This document shows, in pieces, positions 22,099 to 30,337 of a stretch of DNA of 32,000 nt. The first letter of the stretch is position 1. Every line of letters starts with the position of its first letter. Under the pieces are notes generated by a model. It was not told the DNA's origin, did not search any database, and saw only the letters and a program-made list of their open reading frames with translations. Both the position numbers and the translations under genes were made by a program. Origin of the DNA: Nitrososphaera viennensis EN76 (GTDB taxonomy: Archaea > Thermoproteota > Nitrososphaeria > Nitrososphaerales > Nitrososphaeraceae); contig NZ_CP007536.1 in the NCBI RefSeq assembly GCF_000698785.1, positions 2,010,001-2,042,000 on the forward strand, in the 5' to 3' direction.

Positions 22099-22391
22099 GC
22101 TGCGTGGCCGGCGCGGCTTTTCGCCCTGCCTTCAGGCGTGAATTCCAGCACCACTCCACTGTTGGCACTGTAGTCAAACGTGTATCTCTCGTTGGGCGAT
22201 ATTGGCATGCCTTCCACCGCTGCTGCGTTGCACGACGGGCAGCTGCCTGCCGCAAAGCCGGGATCGAGGCAGGACGCGCACCAAAAGCATTCGTTGCAGA
22301 TCAGAAATCGCGCTTGCCTTGTTGCACTCCTTTCCGGTTTTGCCAATAGATCAAGCATGGCATTTTTTTTGCATTCAAGGGATTTATTCAC
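22095..22391 (-). CDS. Cys-rich small protein (C-x2-C-x2-C-x2-C ... C-x2-C) of unknown function
   Basis: FLICNECFWCASCLDPGFAAGSCPSC is followed by a beta-rich segment ERYTFDYSANSGVVLEF. It starts 53 nt downstream of the comA-like gene on the same strand. Confidence 0.5.
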   Translation of the reverse strand: MNKSLECKKNAMLDLLAKPERSATRQARFLICNECFWCASCLDPGFAAGSCPSCNAAAVEGMPISPNERYTFDYSANSGVVLEFTPEGRAKSRAGHAA

Positions 22392-22444
22392 CCCTGAATG
22401 TGCCAGTCAGGCATGAAATGCGCAATTATGGCGCAATGCCTCCG

Positions 22445-23431
22445 CTATAGCCACACCGACTGCACCGGCGCGTACATCTTTTTCCTTGCGTCGTCAAGGC
22501 TGCTGCGCTCTATTATCAAGCCCTGGCTCTTGAGGTCCTCGACCGCGCTCTGGACAGTCCTCCTTGGCAGGCGGCTCATCTCCATCAGCTCCACCTGGTC
22601 TATCGGGTGCTTTGACTTTATTATGAAATAGACGAATTTGGCCGCCGGCCCTCCCTCCGGGTCCTTGCGCAGGTACGACACGCCAAACGACGCCTTGGAT
22701 GGAAAGCCCCTCCTCTGCGACTCTATCGACGACACCGCGTCGATGTGGATCTCGGCAAGGTTGACGCGCTGGCCAAACTCTGCCAGGAGCGCCGACTGCT
22801 GGTGCTCAAGGGGAGCCTCGAAGATGAACGTGGTCGGCGGGTACTTGGCCGTGAGCGCCCCGACGGAATTCCATCTCACCGCGCCCTTTTCGTCGTATAT
22901 GCCGACGCTGACGCCCTCGTTTGCCTCAAGCACCACCTTGTCAGAGCCCAGCTTGACTGCATCCTCCACCTTGGCTATGGTCGCGTCGATGGAGAGCTGG
23001 TGCCGGGGGTCCTTCTTGCCCACCTTCCACTGGAAATCAAGGTTCCTTGCCAGGATCGTGTCGGTCAGCTTTTTCTTTTGCTCAAACGTCAAGTCGATGC
23101 CGTTTTCGCCTATCTCGATGATGTCAAATCCGACCCTTGCCGCGTCGCCCACAAACTTGTCAAACGCGTTTTCAGACACCATGTACTCGGAGATGGTGCT
23201 CCCGGTAGACACCTTGACGCCGAGGTCCTGGTAGAATTTTATCTTTTTTTGCAGCACGGGCTCGGAAAGCAGGAGCGGCAGGACGCCATAGATCTTGACT
23301 GCGTCGATAAACGGCGCAAGCGCCTCAAAGTTCTCCTTGTCGAGCCCTTGCAGCTTGTCTATCACGTACGTCCTGCCCTCCTTGCGGGGCTTTTTGACGT
23401 CGACCCTGTTCTTTACATAGCTCTCTAGCAA
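22445..23431 (-). CDS. comA: Phosphosulfolactate synthase (ComA) family domain fused to a C-terminal winged-helix DNA-binding domain
   Basis: ComA-like blocks: KPRKEGRTYVIDK, IDAVKIYG, GFDIIEIGENGIDL, VVLEANEGVSVGIYDEKG, FIFEAPLEHQQSALLAEFGQRVNLAEI. Then ~80 extra aa follow: IDQVELMEMSRLPRRTVQSAVEDLKSQGLIIERS..DDARKKMYAP (MarR/ArsR-style wHTH). TTG start. Confidence 0.75.
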   Translation of the reverse strand: MLESYVKNRVDVKKPRKEGRTYVIDKLQGLDKENFEALAPFIDAVKIYGVLPLLLSEPVLQKKIKFYQDLGVKVSTGSTISEYMVSENAFDKFVGDAARVGFDIIEIGENGIDLTFEQKKKLTDTILARNLDFQWKVGKKDPRHQLSIDATIAKVEDAVKLGSDKVVLEANEGVSVGIYDEKGAVRWNSVGALTAKYPPTTFIFEAPLEHQQSALLAEFGQRVNLAEIHIDAVSSIESQRRGFPSKASFGVSYLRKDPEGGPAAKFVYFIIKSKHPIDQVELMEMSRLPRRTVQSAVEDLKSQGLIIERSSLDDARKKMYAPVQSVWL

Positions 23432-23587
23432 TTCCGATAATGTATATGCAAGATGTGCGCCTATTTTGAACTTGTGAACTGTGCGGATCCTGCACTTTTT
23501 CCCCGGATTCTACCGTGAACCTGCGCCTTTCTTGCATTTTTTGCATCGTTGCCAGCAGTATTAACCCGTCCGGGACAGGGAAAAGGC

Positions 23588-24682
23588 ATGAACAACAAGA
23601 TCAAGTTCGGAATAGCTGCGGCCATAATAGTCGCAGTCATTGCCACTTCCGTACCCCTTGTTCTGGGATCGCAAGCGGCCAAGTCTGATTCAGCTCAAGG
23701 TCAGGCGGCAGCTTCTCAGCAACAACAGCAGCAGGAATCAAAGGTGCTCAGGATCGGGTACTTTCCAAACATCAACCACGCGCAGGCGGTGATAGGGCTT
23801 GGAAATGGCGACTTTCAAAAGGCGCTTGGGAGCAACGTCGAGGTCAAGACGCAGGTGTTCAACGCCGGGCCGTCTGCCATAGAGGCCCTCTTTGCAAAGC
23901 AGGTCGACATAACCTACATCGGGCCAAACCCGGCGATAAACGGGTACGTCAAGTCTGACGGGCAGGGGCTGCGGATCGTGTCCGGGGCCGCTAGCGGGGG
24001 CGCGGTGTTTGTGGTGCGGAACGACTCTGGCATAAACTCGCCGGCGGATTTTGCAGGCAAAAAGTTTGCGTCGCCGCAGCTTGGCAACACGCAGGACGTG
24101 GCGCTGCGCAAGTACCTGCTTGAAAACGGCTACAAGACGAAGGAAAACGGCGGAAACGTCGAGGTCATTCCTGCTGCAAACGCAGACATCCTCGCGCTCT
24201 TTTTGAAAAAAGAGATTGACGGCGCATGGGTGCCTGAGCCCTGGGGAGCCAAGCTTGTCAAGGAGGGCGGCGGACGCATATTCCTTGACGAGCGGGACCG
24301 GTGGCCCGGCGGCCAGTTCGTCACGGCGCACATCATCGTCAGCACCGACTATCTGAAGAACAACCCTGATGTCGTCAAGAAGGTGATTGCGGCCAACGTG
24401 GACGAGACAAAGTGGATTAACGATCACCCTGATGAGGCGCTCAAGGTGTACAACGCGGAGCTGAAAAAGCTGACCGGCAAGACCATACCTGAAGACGAGT
24501 ACAAGGCCGGCACCTCAAGGCTGACGCTCACGTACGACCCTGTGAAGGACTCGCTCTTCCAGTCTGCAAGCGACGCGCACGACATCGGCTTTTTGAAGGA
24601 AAACCCGGACCTTTCCGGAATATACGACCTGACGCTGCTGAACGAGGTGCTCGGGGAGAAGGGGCTGCAGCAGATAAGCTGA
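23588..24682 (+). CDS. ABC transporter substrate-binding protein, NitT/TauT (aliphatic sulfonate/nitrate/taurine, NMT1-like) family
   Basis: The ATG at 23588 gives MNNKIKFGIAAAIIVAVIATSV (signal anchor) and a Q-rich linker. Then LRIGYFPNINHAQAVIG...IEALFAKQVDITYIGPNPAING...SPQLGNTQDVALRKYL, which is SsuA/TauA-like. Confidence 0.8.
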   Translation: MNNKIKFGIAAAIIVAVIATSVPLVLGSQAAKSDSAQGQAAASQQQQQQESKVLRIGYFPNINHAQAVIGLGNGDFQKALGSNVEVKTQVFNAGPSAIEALFAKQVDITYIGPNPAINGYVKSDGQGLRIVSGAASGGAVFVVRNDSGINSPADFAGKKFASPQLGNTQDVALRKYLLENGYKTKENGGNVEVIPAANADILALFLKKEIDGAWVPEPWGAKLVKEGGGRIFLDERDRWPGGQFVTAHIIVSTDYLKNNPDVVKKVIAANVDETKWINDHPDEALKVYNAELKKLTGKTIPEDEYKAGTSRLTLTYDPVKDSLFQSASDAHDIGFLKENPDLSGIYDLTLLNEVLGEKGLQQIS

Positions 24683-24700
24683 CTGATTCTCTACGGCCAC

Positions 24701-24750
24701 TCTCTCTCCCCCTCCCTCTCCCTCCTCTTCTTTTTTCCTCCCTTTTTCTT
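24701..24750 (+). repeat. 50-nt uninterrupted polypyrimidine (C/T only) tract, a possible terminator or attenuator inside the ABC transporter cluster
   Basis: tctctctccccctccctctccctcctcttcttttttcctccctttttctt begins 19 nt after the SBP stop. It sits within a 214-nt gap before the ATPase gene. Confidence 0.6.
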
Positions 24751-24896
24751 ATTTATTCCCACCATGAAATTCCAGCATCTGACGCCAGACTGCCCTTGAA
24801 ATGTATGCAATGATCATGCCAAAACTGCATAAATGATGCCACAGTTGCACCTTTGAAGTGGGTTATATCCGATGCATCCATGTCTCTGTTCCATAT

Positions 24897-25751
24897 ATGT
24901 CTCTGAACGAACAACCACCGCAGGAGCAGAAAGAAGAAGACCATCATCATCGCCACAACAATGTTGTCCTGGAACTGAGGGACGTCTCCAAGGCATTCTC
25001 GCATGAAGGCAGGGCGGACCGGCACAGGGTGCTTGACAGGATCAACCTTGACGTGAAACAAGGGGAATTTGTCACGATAGTGGGGCCGTCTGGATGCGGC
25101 AAGAGCACGCTTTTGAGCATCGTGGCCGGCCTTGACGCGCCCGACTCGGGCCTGGTTTCAGTCAGGGGAGAAAGCAGCAGCGGCGGAGGAAGAAAGGCGC
25201 AGAGGGTCGTGATATTCCAGGAAGGCGCGCTGTTCCCGTGGCTCACCGTTTCTGACAACGTCGAGTTCGGGCTGAAGGTGGCCGGCGTCCCAAAGGAGTC
25301 AAGAAAGGCGGCGGCAAGCCGCTTTATCGAGATGGTGCAGCTGACAAAGTTTGCGGGCTCGTACGTCTACCAGCTGTCCGGCGGCATGAAGCAGCGCGTG
25401 GCAATAGCGCGCGCCCTTGCGCTTGACCCGCAGGTCCTGCTCATGGACGAGCCCTTTGCCGCGCTCGACGTGCAGACCCGGGACATACTGCACGAGCAGC
25501 TGTTGCAGATCCACCAGTCGACCGGCAAGACCGTACTGTTCGTCACGCACAACATCAATGAAGCGGTGCTGCTGGGCGACAGGATAATCGTGCTCTCGCC
25601 AAGGACGGGAAACATCAAGAAAGAGATCGTAGTCGACCGCCCGAGGCCCCGGGACATCGAGAGCCACGAAATAAGCGCGATCCGCAGGGAGCTTTTGCGG
25701 GAGCTGGAGGAGGACTTTCAAATTGCAAGAAGCCACAGTCGGCAAGGCTAG
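24897..25751 (+). CDS. ABC transporter ATP-binding protein (SsuB/TauB/NrtD-like)
   Basis: Walker A GPSGCGKST, signature LSGGMKQR, Walker B LLMDEPFAALD. The start is uncertain: ATG 24897 is chosen, and GTG 24858 is in the ORF track. Confidence 0.9.
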   Translation: MSLNEQPPQEQKEEDHHHRHNNVVLELRDVSKAFSHEGRADRHRVLDRINLDVKQGEFVTIVGPSGCGKSTLLSIVAGLDAPDSGLVSVRGESSSGGGRKAQRVVIFQEGALFPWLTVSDNVEFGLKVAGVPKESRKAAASRFIEMVQLTKFAGSYVYQLSGGMKQRVAIARALALDPQVLLMDEPFAALDVQTRDILHEQLLQIHQSTGKTVLFVTHNINEAVLLGDRIIVLSPRTGNIKKEIVVDRPRPRDIESHEISAIRRELLRELEEDFQIARSHSRQG

Positions 25752-26556
25752 CAACAGCATTATCAAGAAGACAAAAAGCCGGTTCGACACCACGGACGCG
25801 GCAAACGCCTTTCTGTTCATTGCCGCGTTCATCGGCGTCTGGCAGCTTGTCTTTTCGCTAGGGATATGGCCCAAGGTCCTGATGCCCTCGCCGGCAATGG
25901 TGGCGCAGACTATAGCCGGCCTGGTGGCAGACTCTTCCCTGACGGTGGGAATGGGAGTCACGATGTGGAGGCTGTTTGCAGGGTTTGCGATATCTGTGGG
26001 CATCGGCGGGGCGGTGGGGCTTGCGATGGTCAAGTTCCCAAGCTTTGGCAAGACCCTCAGCTCGTTTGCAGTGGGCCTGCTCACCTTTCCAAGCATTGCC
26101 TGGGTGCCGTTTTCGATACTGCTCATCGGCTTTAACGACTTTGGCATACTCTTTGTGCTTGTCATGGCCTCGGTGTTTTCGGTGATGATATCCACCTACA
26201 GCTCGATCCGCAACATCCCTCCCCTCTACATCAGGGCCGCAAAAAACATGGGCGCAAGCGGCTTTTCGCTGTTCAGGTATGTCATGATACCGGCCGCCAC
26301 TCCTTCATTGATGATCGGGCTCAGGCAGGCATGGTCGTTTGCGTGGCACGCCCTGATAGGCGCCGAGATACTGATAACTACCCTGTACGGGCTTGGCCAT
26401 GTGCTCCACATAGGCAGGGAGTTCCAGGACATGGGGCAGATAATCGCCGTCATGATCGCGATCTTTGCCATCGGCCTGCTCTTTGACCGGCTGGTGTTCA
26501 TGAAGCTGGAAGAGAAGGTCCGGGCAAGGTGGGGCCTGGACCAGCACAGCCAGTGA
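25723..26556 (+). CDS. ABC transporter permease (SsuC/TauC-like)
   Basis: Six hydrophobic segments in a BPD-transporter-type layout. The TTG start overlaps the ATPase gene by 29 nt, so the start is uncertain. Confidence 0.8.
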   Translation: MQEATVGKASNSIIKKTKSRFDTTDAANAFLFIAAFIGVWQLVFSLGIWPKVLMPSPAMVAQTIAGLVADSSLTVGMGVTMWRLFAGFAISVGIGGAVGLAMVKFPSFGKTLSSFAVGLLTFPSIAWVPFSILLIGFNDFGILFVLVMASVFSVMISTYSSIRNIPPLYIRAAKNMGASGFSLFRYVMIPAATPSLMIGLRQAWSFAWHALIGAEILITTLYGLGHVLHIGREFQDMGQIIAVMIAIFAIGLLFDRLVFMKLEEKVRARWGLDQHSQ

Positions 26557-26607
26557 TAATAATAGCGCCGCGATCTCCTTAATTATTCTGGCCGCGTTAT
26601 CTCATCC

Positions 26608-27447
26608 ATGAATTCCAAGTCCGCTGCCAAGATAGGCGGCATAGCGGCCATAGCGGCCGCAGTCGCCGTCGCGGTATGGATTGGCACGCAACAGAGCGAC
26701 AGCGCGCAAAGCAACGTCAGCATGCTTGGAACCGGTACAGATGTATCAAAAGTCGAGACTTCTACGGTCGAATATTACAACAACACGTCGGGATTTCTTG
26801 CCAAGCCGGCAGGCGATGGCAGGTACCCCGGCATCGTCATGATCCACGAGTGGTGGGGGCTGAACGACAACATCAAGGACATGGCCCGGCAGATGGCGTC
26901 GGAAGGGTACGTCGTGCTTGCGGCAGACCTGTACAAGGGGCAGGTGGCAACGGAGAGCTCGCAGGCGCAGCCGCTTGCCGCAGGCGTTCGGAACAACCCT
27001 GGCGAGGCGGTAAAGAACGTGCAGGCCGCGGTCAGCTACCTGCGCAACAGCGACTCTGTCGGAGGCAACAAGGTGGGATCGCTTGGGTGGTGCTTTGGCG
27101 GCGACTGGTCGCTCCAGCTTGCGCTGAACGAAAAGATGGACGCGACCGGAATATACTACGGCAGGCTCGTCACCGATCCAGAGGCGCTGTCCGTGATAAA
27201 GTGGCCGGTGCTCGGCGTCTTTGGAAGCGCGGACCAGTCGATACCTGTGGAGCAGGTAAACGCGTTCAAGCAGGCGCTTGACAAGAACGGCATAGAAAAC
27301 GAGGTCTACATATACGAGGGCGTGGGGCACGCGTTTGCAAACCCGTCAGGGGCCAACTATGCGCCGGAGGAGACAAAGGACGCGTGGCAAAAGACGCTTG
27401 CGTTCTTTGACAAGCACCTGAAGGGCGAAGAAGTAACAGCAGCCTAG
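26608..27447 (+). CDS. Dienelactone hydrolase family protein with an N-terminal signal anchor
   Basis: PGIVMIHEWWGLNDNIKDMARQMASEGYVVLAADLY, a nucleophile motif GWCFGG, and a C-terminal GVGHAF. Confidence 0.85.
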   Translation: MNSKSAAKIGGIAAIAAAVAVAVWIGTQQSDSAQSNVSMLGTGTDVSKVETSTVEYYNNTSGFLAKPAGDGRYPGIVMIHEWWGLNDNIKDMARQMASEGYVVLAADLYKGQVATESSQAQPLAAGVRNNPGEAVKNVQAAVSYLRNSDSVGGNKVGSLGWCFGGDWSLQLALNEKMDATGIYYGRLVTDPEALSVIKWPVLGVFGSADQSIPVEQVNAFKQALDKNGIENEVYIYEGVGHAFANPSGANYAPEETKDAWQKTLAFFDKHLKGEEVTAA

Positions 27448-28295
27448 GGCACTACTACTATTATCGTGCCCTTCATCCCCTCCTCTGAGTGGATGGTGCA
27501 GTGGTACTCAAACACGCCCTTTTCGGCAAACTTGTACTGGAACGACTCGTTGCGGCTGAAAAACCCGCTGTCTATGTTATTGATGGTCTGCCCTGACTCT
27601 GTCTTGTACGTGCCCACCACGTTGTGGGGGATGTTCGACTCGTTTATCCACTTTACCGTCGAGCCGGCCTGCGTTATCGCAGCGTCGGGCATGTACATGT
27701 TCATACCGCCGTACACGATGTCCTTGCGCAGGGTGTTCGACATCACCCGCTCGTTTTCGTTTGCTATGCTGTTTACCTTTTGCCTGTCCATGTCGACAAA
27801 CACGTTCCATATCTGCTGGCGCGACTCGCCCTGCTTGCCTGCAATCGCGGTAAAACTTTCGGCGTCTGTATAGGGCCTGCCGCCGACAAGCTGCCAGTTT
27901 GCGGTGATCATCACCTGCCCTGCGCCGCTGTGCGTCACCTTGCCGCCAGGGTCGACAAACGCTGTAGGCTGCACTGCTGCAATCGTGACTGCGCTGCCCC
28001 TTGTCTGCGCAAGTATGTCCTGGACCCTGGAATCCTTCTCGGCTATCTCCCACGCCTGCTTGGCCACGTCGTTTATGGCATAGATGTACGTGTTGTCGCC
28101 TGTGGTAGGCTCCTTGATGACTATGTTTTCGGTCTTGAGCGTTATGTTGGAAAGCGCGTTGAAATCCTTGGCCTTTTCTTCCGGCAAGAGGCCGGATGAC
28201 ATGAGTATTACGCCACCGGTTACAAAAACCGCCACGACGCTGGCCATTATCAGGAGCTCCTTTTTCACGCCGCAATTACTGTTGCCATAATTCAT
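27444..28295 (-). CDS. Membrane-anchored blue (type 1) copper protein, plastocyanin/cupredoxin-like C-terminal domain
   Basis: The C-terminal TVKWINESNIPHNV...YHCTIHSEEGMKGTIIVV supplies His...Cys-x2-His-x4-Met ligands. There is an N-terminal TM helix. Confidence 0.8.
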   Translation of the reverse strand: MNYGNSNCGVKKELLIMASVVAVFVTGGVILMSSGLLPEEKAKDFNALSNITLKTENIVIKEPTTGDNTYIYAINDVAKQAWEIAEKDSRVQDILAQTRGSAVTIAAVQPTAFVDPGGKVTHSGAGQVMITANWQLVGGRPYTDAESFTAIAGKQGESRQQIWNVFVDMDRQKVNSIANENERVMSNTLRKDIVYGGMNMYMPDAAITQAGSTVKWINESNIPHNVVGTYKTESGQTINNIDSGFFSRNESFQYKFAEKGVFEYHCTIHSEEGMKGTIIVVVP

Positions 28296-28358
28296 TATAT
28301 GTCATGCGGTACAAGTCCCGAAAATGGGTTTTAATACCGTCCATGCGCACAACCTTGC

Positions 28359-28616
28359 ATGAGCGCAACAGCAACAGCAGTAGAATATTACAACAGAAAG
28401 TTTGGCGACAGCGCCCAGGCCGCGTTCATACACCTGGTACGCGAGATAGGCGAGATCGCTTTTGCTATGGAAAAGCAGAACGCCGAGCACGCCAAACTAG
28501 AGATAACCGAGTCGATAGCACTCCTCCACTACCTTGCGGCAAAATACAACCTTGACGTCCCGGCAAGCATGCAGGCTCTCTACTCCAAAAAGCTGGAAGC
28601 TCTCAAGGCCAAATGA
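28359..28616 (+). CDS. Small MazG-like nucleotide pyrophosphohydrolase-fold protein
   Basis: HLVREIGEIAFAMEK...EITESIALLHYLAAKYNLDV resembles the MazG E-x2-E/helix pattern. The assignment is tentative. Confidence 0.5.
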   Translation: MSATATAVEYYNRKFGDSAQAAFIHLVREIGEIAFAMEKQNAEHAKLEITESIALLHYLAAKYNLDVPASMQALYSKKLEALKAK

Positions 28617-28918
28617 CAGCAATAACTCTAAGGCAGGACCTCGACGCCATTTCAGACATCCTGCAGCAGACGTTTGCGATAGAGCCGTTCAAGCGCGACT
28701 ATGACATGGCGTTCTCCGCGATTGCAGAGATACTGTACCGCTACGGGATGGCGGAAAACCCGCGCAACCTGCGCTTCCGGTTCATACTGTGCATGCAGGA
28801 GTTCTTTGACGGGATACCGCAGGACCAGTGGCGGGTGAAGGACCCCGCGTTCGTAAAGCAGTCAGAAGAGTTTGCGGTTGCAAAATTCCGCGAGTGGATT
28901 CTGGAACAGATCACTTAG
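28613..28918 (+). CDS. Hypothetical protein (101 aa), translationally coupled (ATGA) to the MazG-like gene
   Basis: The ATG at 28613 overlaps the upstream TGA. No motif recognised. Confidence 0.5.
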   Translation: MTAITLRQDLDAISDILQQTFAIEPFKRDYDMAFSAIAEILYRYGMAENPRNLRFRFILCMQEFFDGIPQDQWRVKDPAFVKQSEEFAVAKFREWILEQIT

Positions 28919-29153
28919 CCTCTTTGTTCTTGGCAATCCACTGCTCGTACATTTTCACGAGGTCGTCGACGTCGTCGCCTTTTTCAGAATAAGTGACAAT
29001 GACTGCAAACCTGCCCTTGCCGTCGTGGCCCCTTGCGTAATATCCCCAGAACGTGTCCGGGAGCTTTTCAAAGTTCGACTTGTTCATCGCCACACCTGCA
29101 AGGTTCTTTGCAAGCGTGTCAACGACCCTTGCCGCGTCGCCTGACTCTATCAT
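28911..29153 (-). CDS. Hypothetical protein (80 aa)
   Basis: ORF with coding-like composition, convergent with 28613..28918 (8-nt overlap). No motif recognised. Confidence 0.45.
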   Translation of the reverse strand: MIESGDAARVVDTLAKNLAGVAMNKSNFEKLPDTFWGYYARGHDGKGRFAVIVTYSEKGDDVDDLVKMYEQWIAKNKEAK

Positions 29154-29190
29154 CGTTTTTTCTCTTGCAGGGCAGGTGATTTAGAGCTAG

Positions 29191-30225
29191 CTACTGGATG
29201 CGCTCTATGAGCTCAAACACGCTGCTCATGGCCGGAGGCTCGCCTGACGGCTCCCTCACGTACAGCGACGAGGCCGCGTTTGCAAACAGCAGGCGCTCAC
29301 GCGAGTCAAGCCCTGCGATGTAGCCCAGGATGTCGGCAGCGTCCCACACGTCGCCGGCGCCGGTCAGTATCTTTGGCTCCACCTTTATTGCGTGCACAAA
29401 CTCGGCCTCCTTGCCGTTTGACCACGCCGAGCCTATGCGGGTGTGCAGGTCGGTGGTGATGCCGACGCTTTCTGCTATCTTGGCCGCCGCCTTTTTCACG
29501 TCGTCAGGCCCATAGTTCGTGCCAAGGGGCGCGTCAAGCCCGAGCGCGGACGCCAGGTGGTCGCACTCGTTTTCATTGATGCTGAGATAATCGGTGACAG
29601 GGCCAAGCTTGAACAGCGCGTCGCGGAACTCTAGCTTTCTCGTGGCAATGTCTGCAGGGTCGATGAAATGCAGCGCGCTTGGCGAGCTCTTGAAGACATG
29701 CTCTGCCAGCTCTGTGCCTTTCTGGTTGCTTGCCCAGTTGACCACCATCACCGCGTCGGCGTTCTTTAGCGCCGCCTGGTCATCGTTTGAGCTGAGCTTG
29801 TCCGGGCCAAAGCTTGCATTGTCCCCGATGTCGCTTACCATCACGTTAACCCTGCTGTCGCCGTGCGGGAACTCAAACGCGGTGGTGCATCCGTGCCTCC
29901 CCTGCGCGATTCGAAGCGCCGCCCTGTCGCCAAACTGCGAAAACGACTGCCTTATCATGGCCGCGCCCATCTCGTCTGCGACCGTAAACAGCGTCACCTT
30001 GGCGCCAAGCTTGGCAAGCGCGTACGCGACGTTGACTGCGTTTCCGCCCCTGATGTCTATCGTGGGGACGCCCCGGACGCTTCCGCCGCCGTTCCTTGCT
30101 TTTTCCTCAAGCGCGCCGGTCAGCTTTTCCCTCGCGTCAAGCCTGATTATCCTGTCAACGAAAAAGTCCGGCATCACCACTATCGAGCCGAGGATGCGCA
30201 GCTGCTTCAGCTTGTCTATTATCAC
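29191..30225 (-). CDS. Carbohydrate/nucleoside kinase, PfkB (ribokinase-like) family
   Basis: N-terminal GGNAVNVAYALAKLGAKVTL and a C-terminal TGAGDVWDAADILG (PfkB signature 2-like). Confidence 0.8.
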   Translation of the reverse strand: MIIDKLKQLRILGSIVVMPDFFVDRIIRLDAREKLTGALEEKARNGGGSVRGVPTIDIRGGNAVNVAYALAKLGAKVTLFTVADEMGAAMIRQSFSQFGDRAALRIAQGRHGCTTAFEFPHGDSRVNVMVSDIGDNASFGPDKLSSNDDQAALKNADAVMVVNWASNQKGTELAEHVFKSSPSALHFIDPADIATRKLEFRDALFKLGPVTDYLSINENECDHLASALGLDAPLGTNYGPDDVKKAAAKIAESVGITTDLHTRIGSAWSNGKEAEFVHAIKVEPKILTGAGDVWDAADILGYIAGLDSRERLLFANAASSLYVREPSGEPPAMSSVFELIERIQ

Positions 30226-30276
30226 TTTTTCTTCTTGCGAGCGTTAACACTCTGCGGTATTTGTTGTTTGTTGAAT

Positions 30277-30315
30277 AAAAGAAAGAGAAGAAAGGAAAAA
30301 GAGAGAAGGAAGAGA
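30277..30315 (-). terminator. 39-nt polypyrimidine tract (minus strand) 3' of the thermosome gene
   Basis: The plus strand is pure purine (aaaagaaagagaagaaaggaaaaagagagaaggaagaga). The tract starts 22 nt beyond the thermosome stop on the minus strand. Confidence 0.4.
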
Positions 30316-30337
30316 CGGGAGCTTGCTTTGTTTCTTA

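Noticed and set aside
21751-22173. 140-aa plus-strand ORF (and 22086..22349, 22180..22416, 22202..22450)
   Set aside because: These are antisense to the two Cys-rich ORFs, which show ordered CxxC patterns and an ATGA coupling. The plus-strand translations are Arg/Ala-rich and low-complexity.
24806-24841. Possible direct repeat tgcaatgatcatgcca / tgcataaatgatgcca upstream of the ABC ATPase gene
   Set aside because: Only 12/16 positions match and the repeats are short. This is not distinguishable from chance without comparative data.
27444-27447. Overlapping convergent stop codons (cTAG / CTAg) of the DLH and cupredoxin genes
   Set aside because: This is a real but trivial consequence of tight convergent packing, with no evidence of function.
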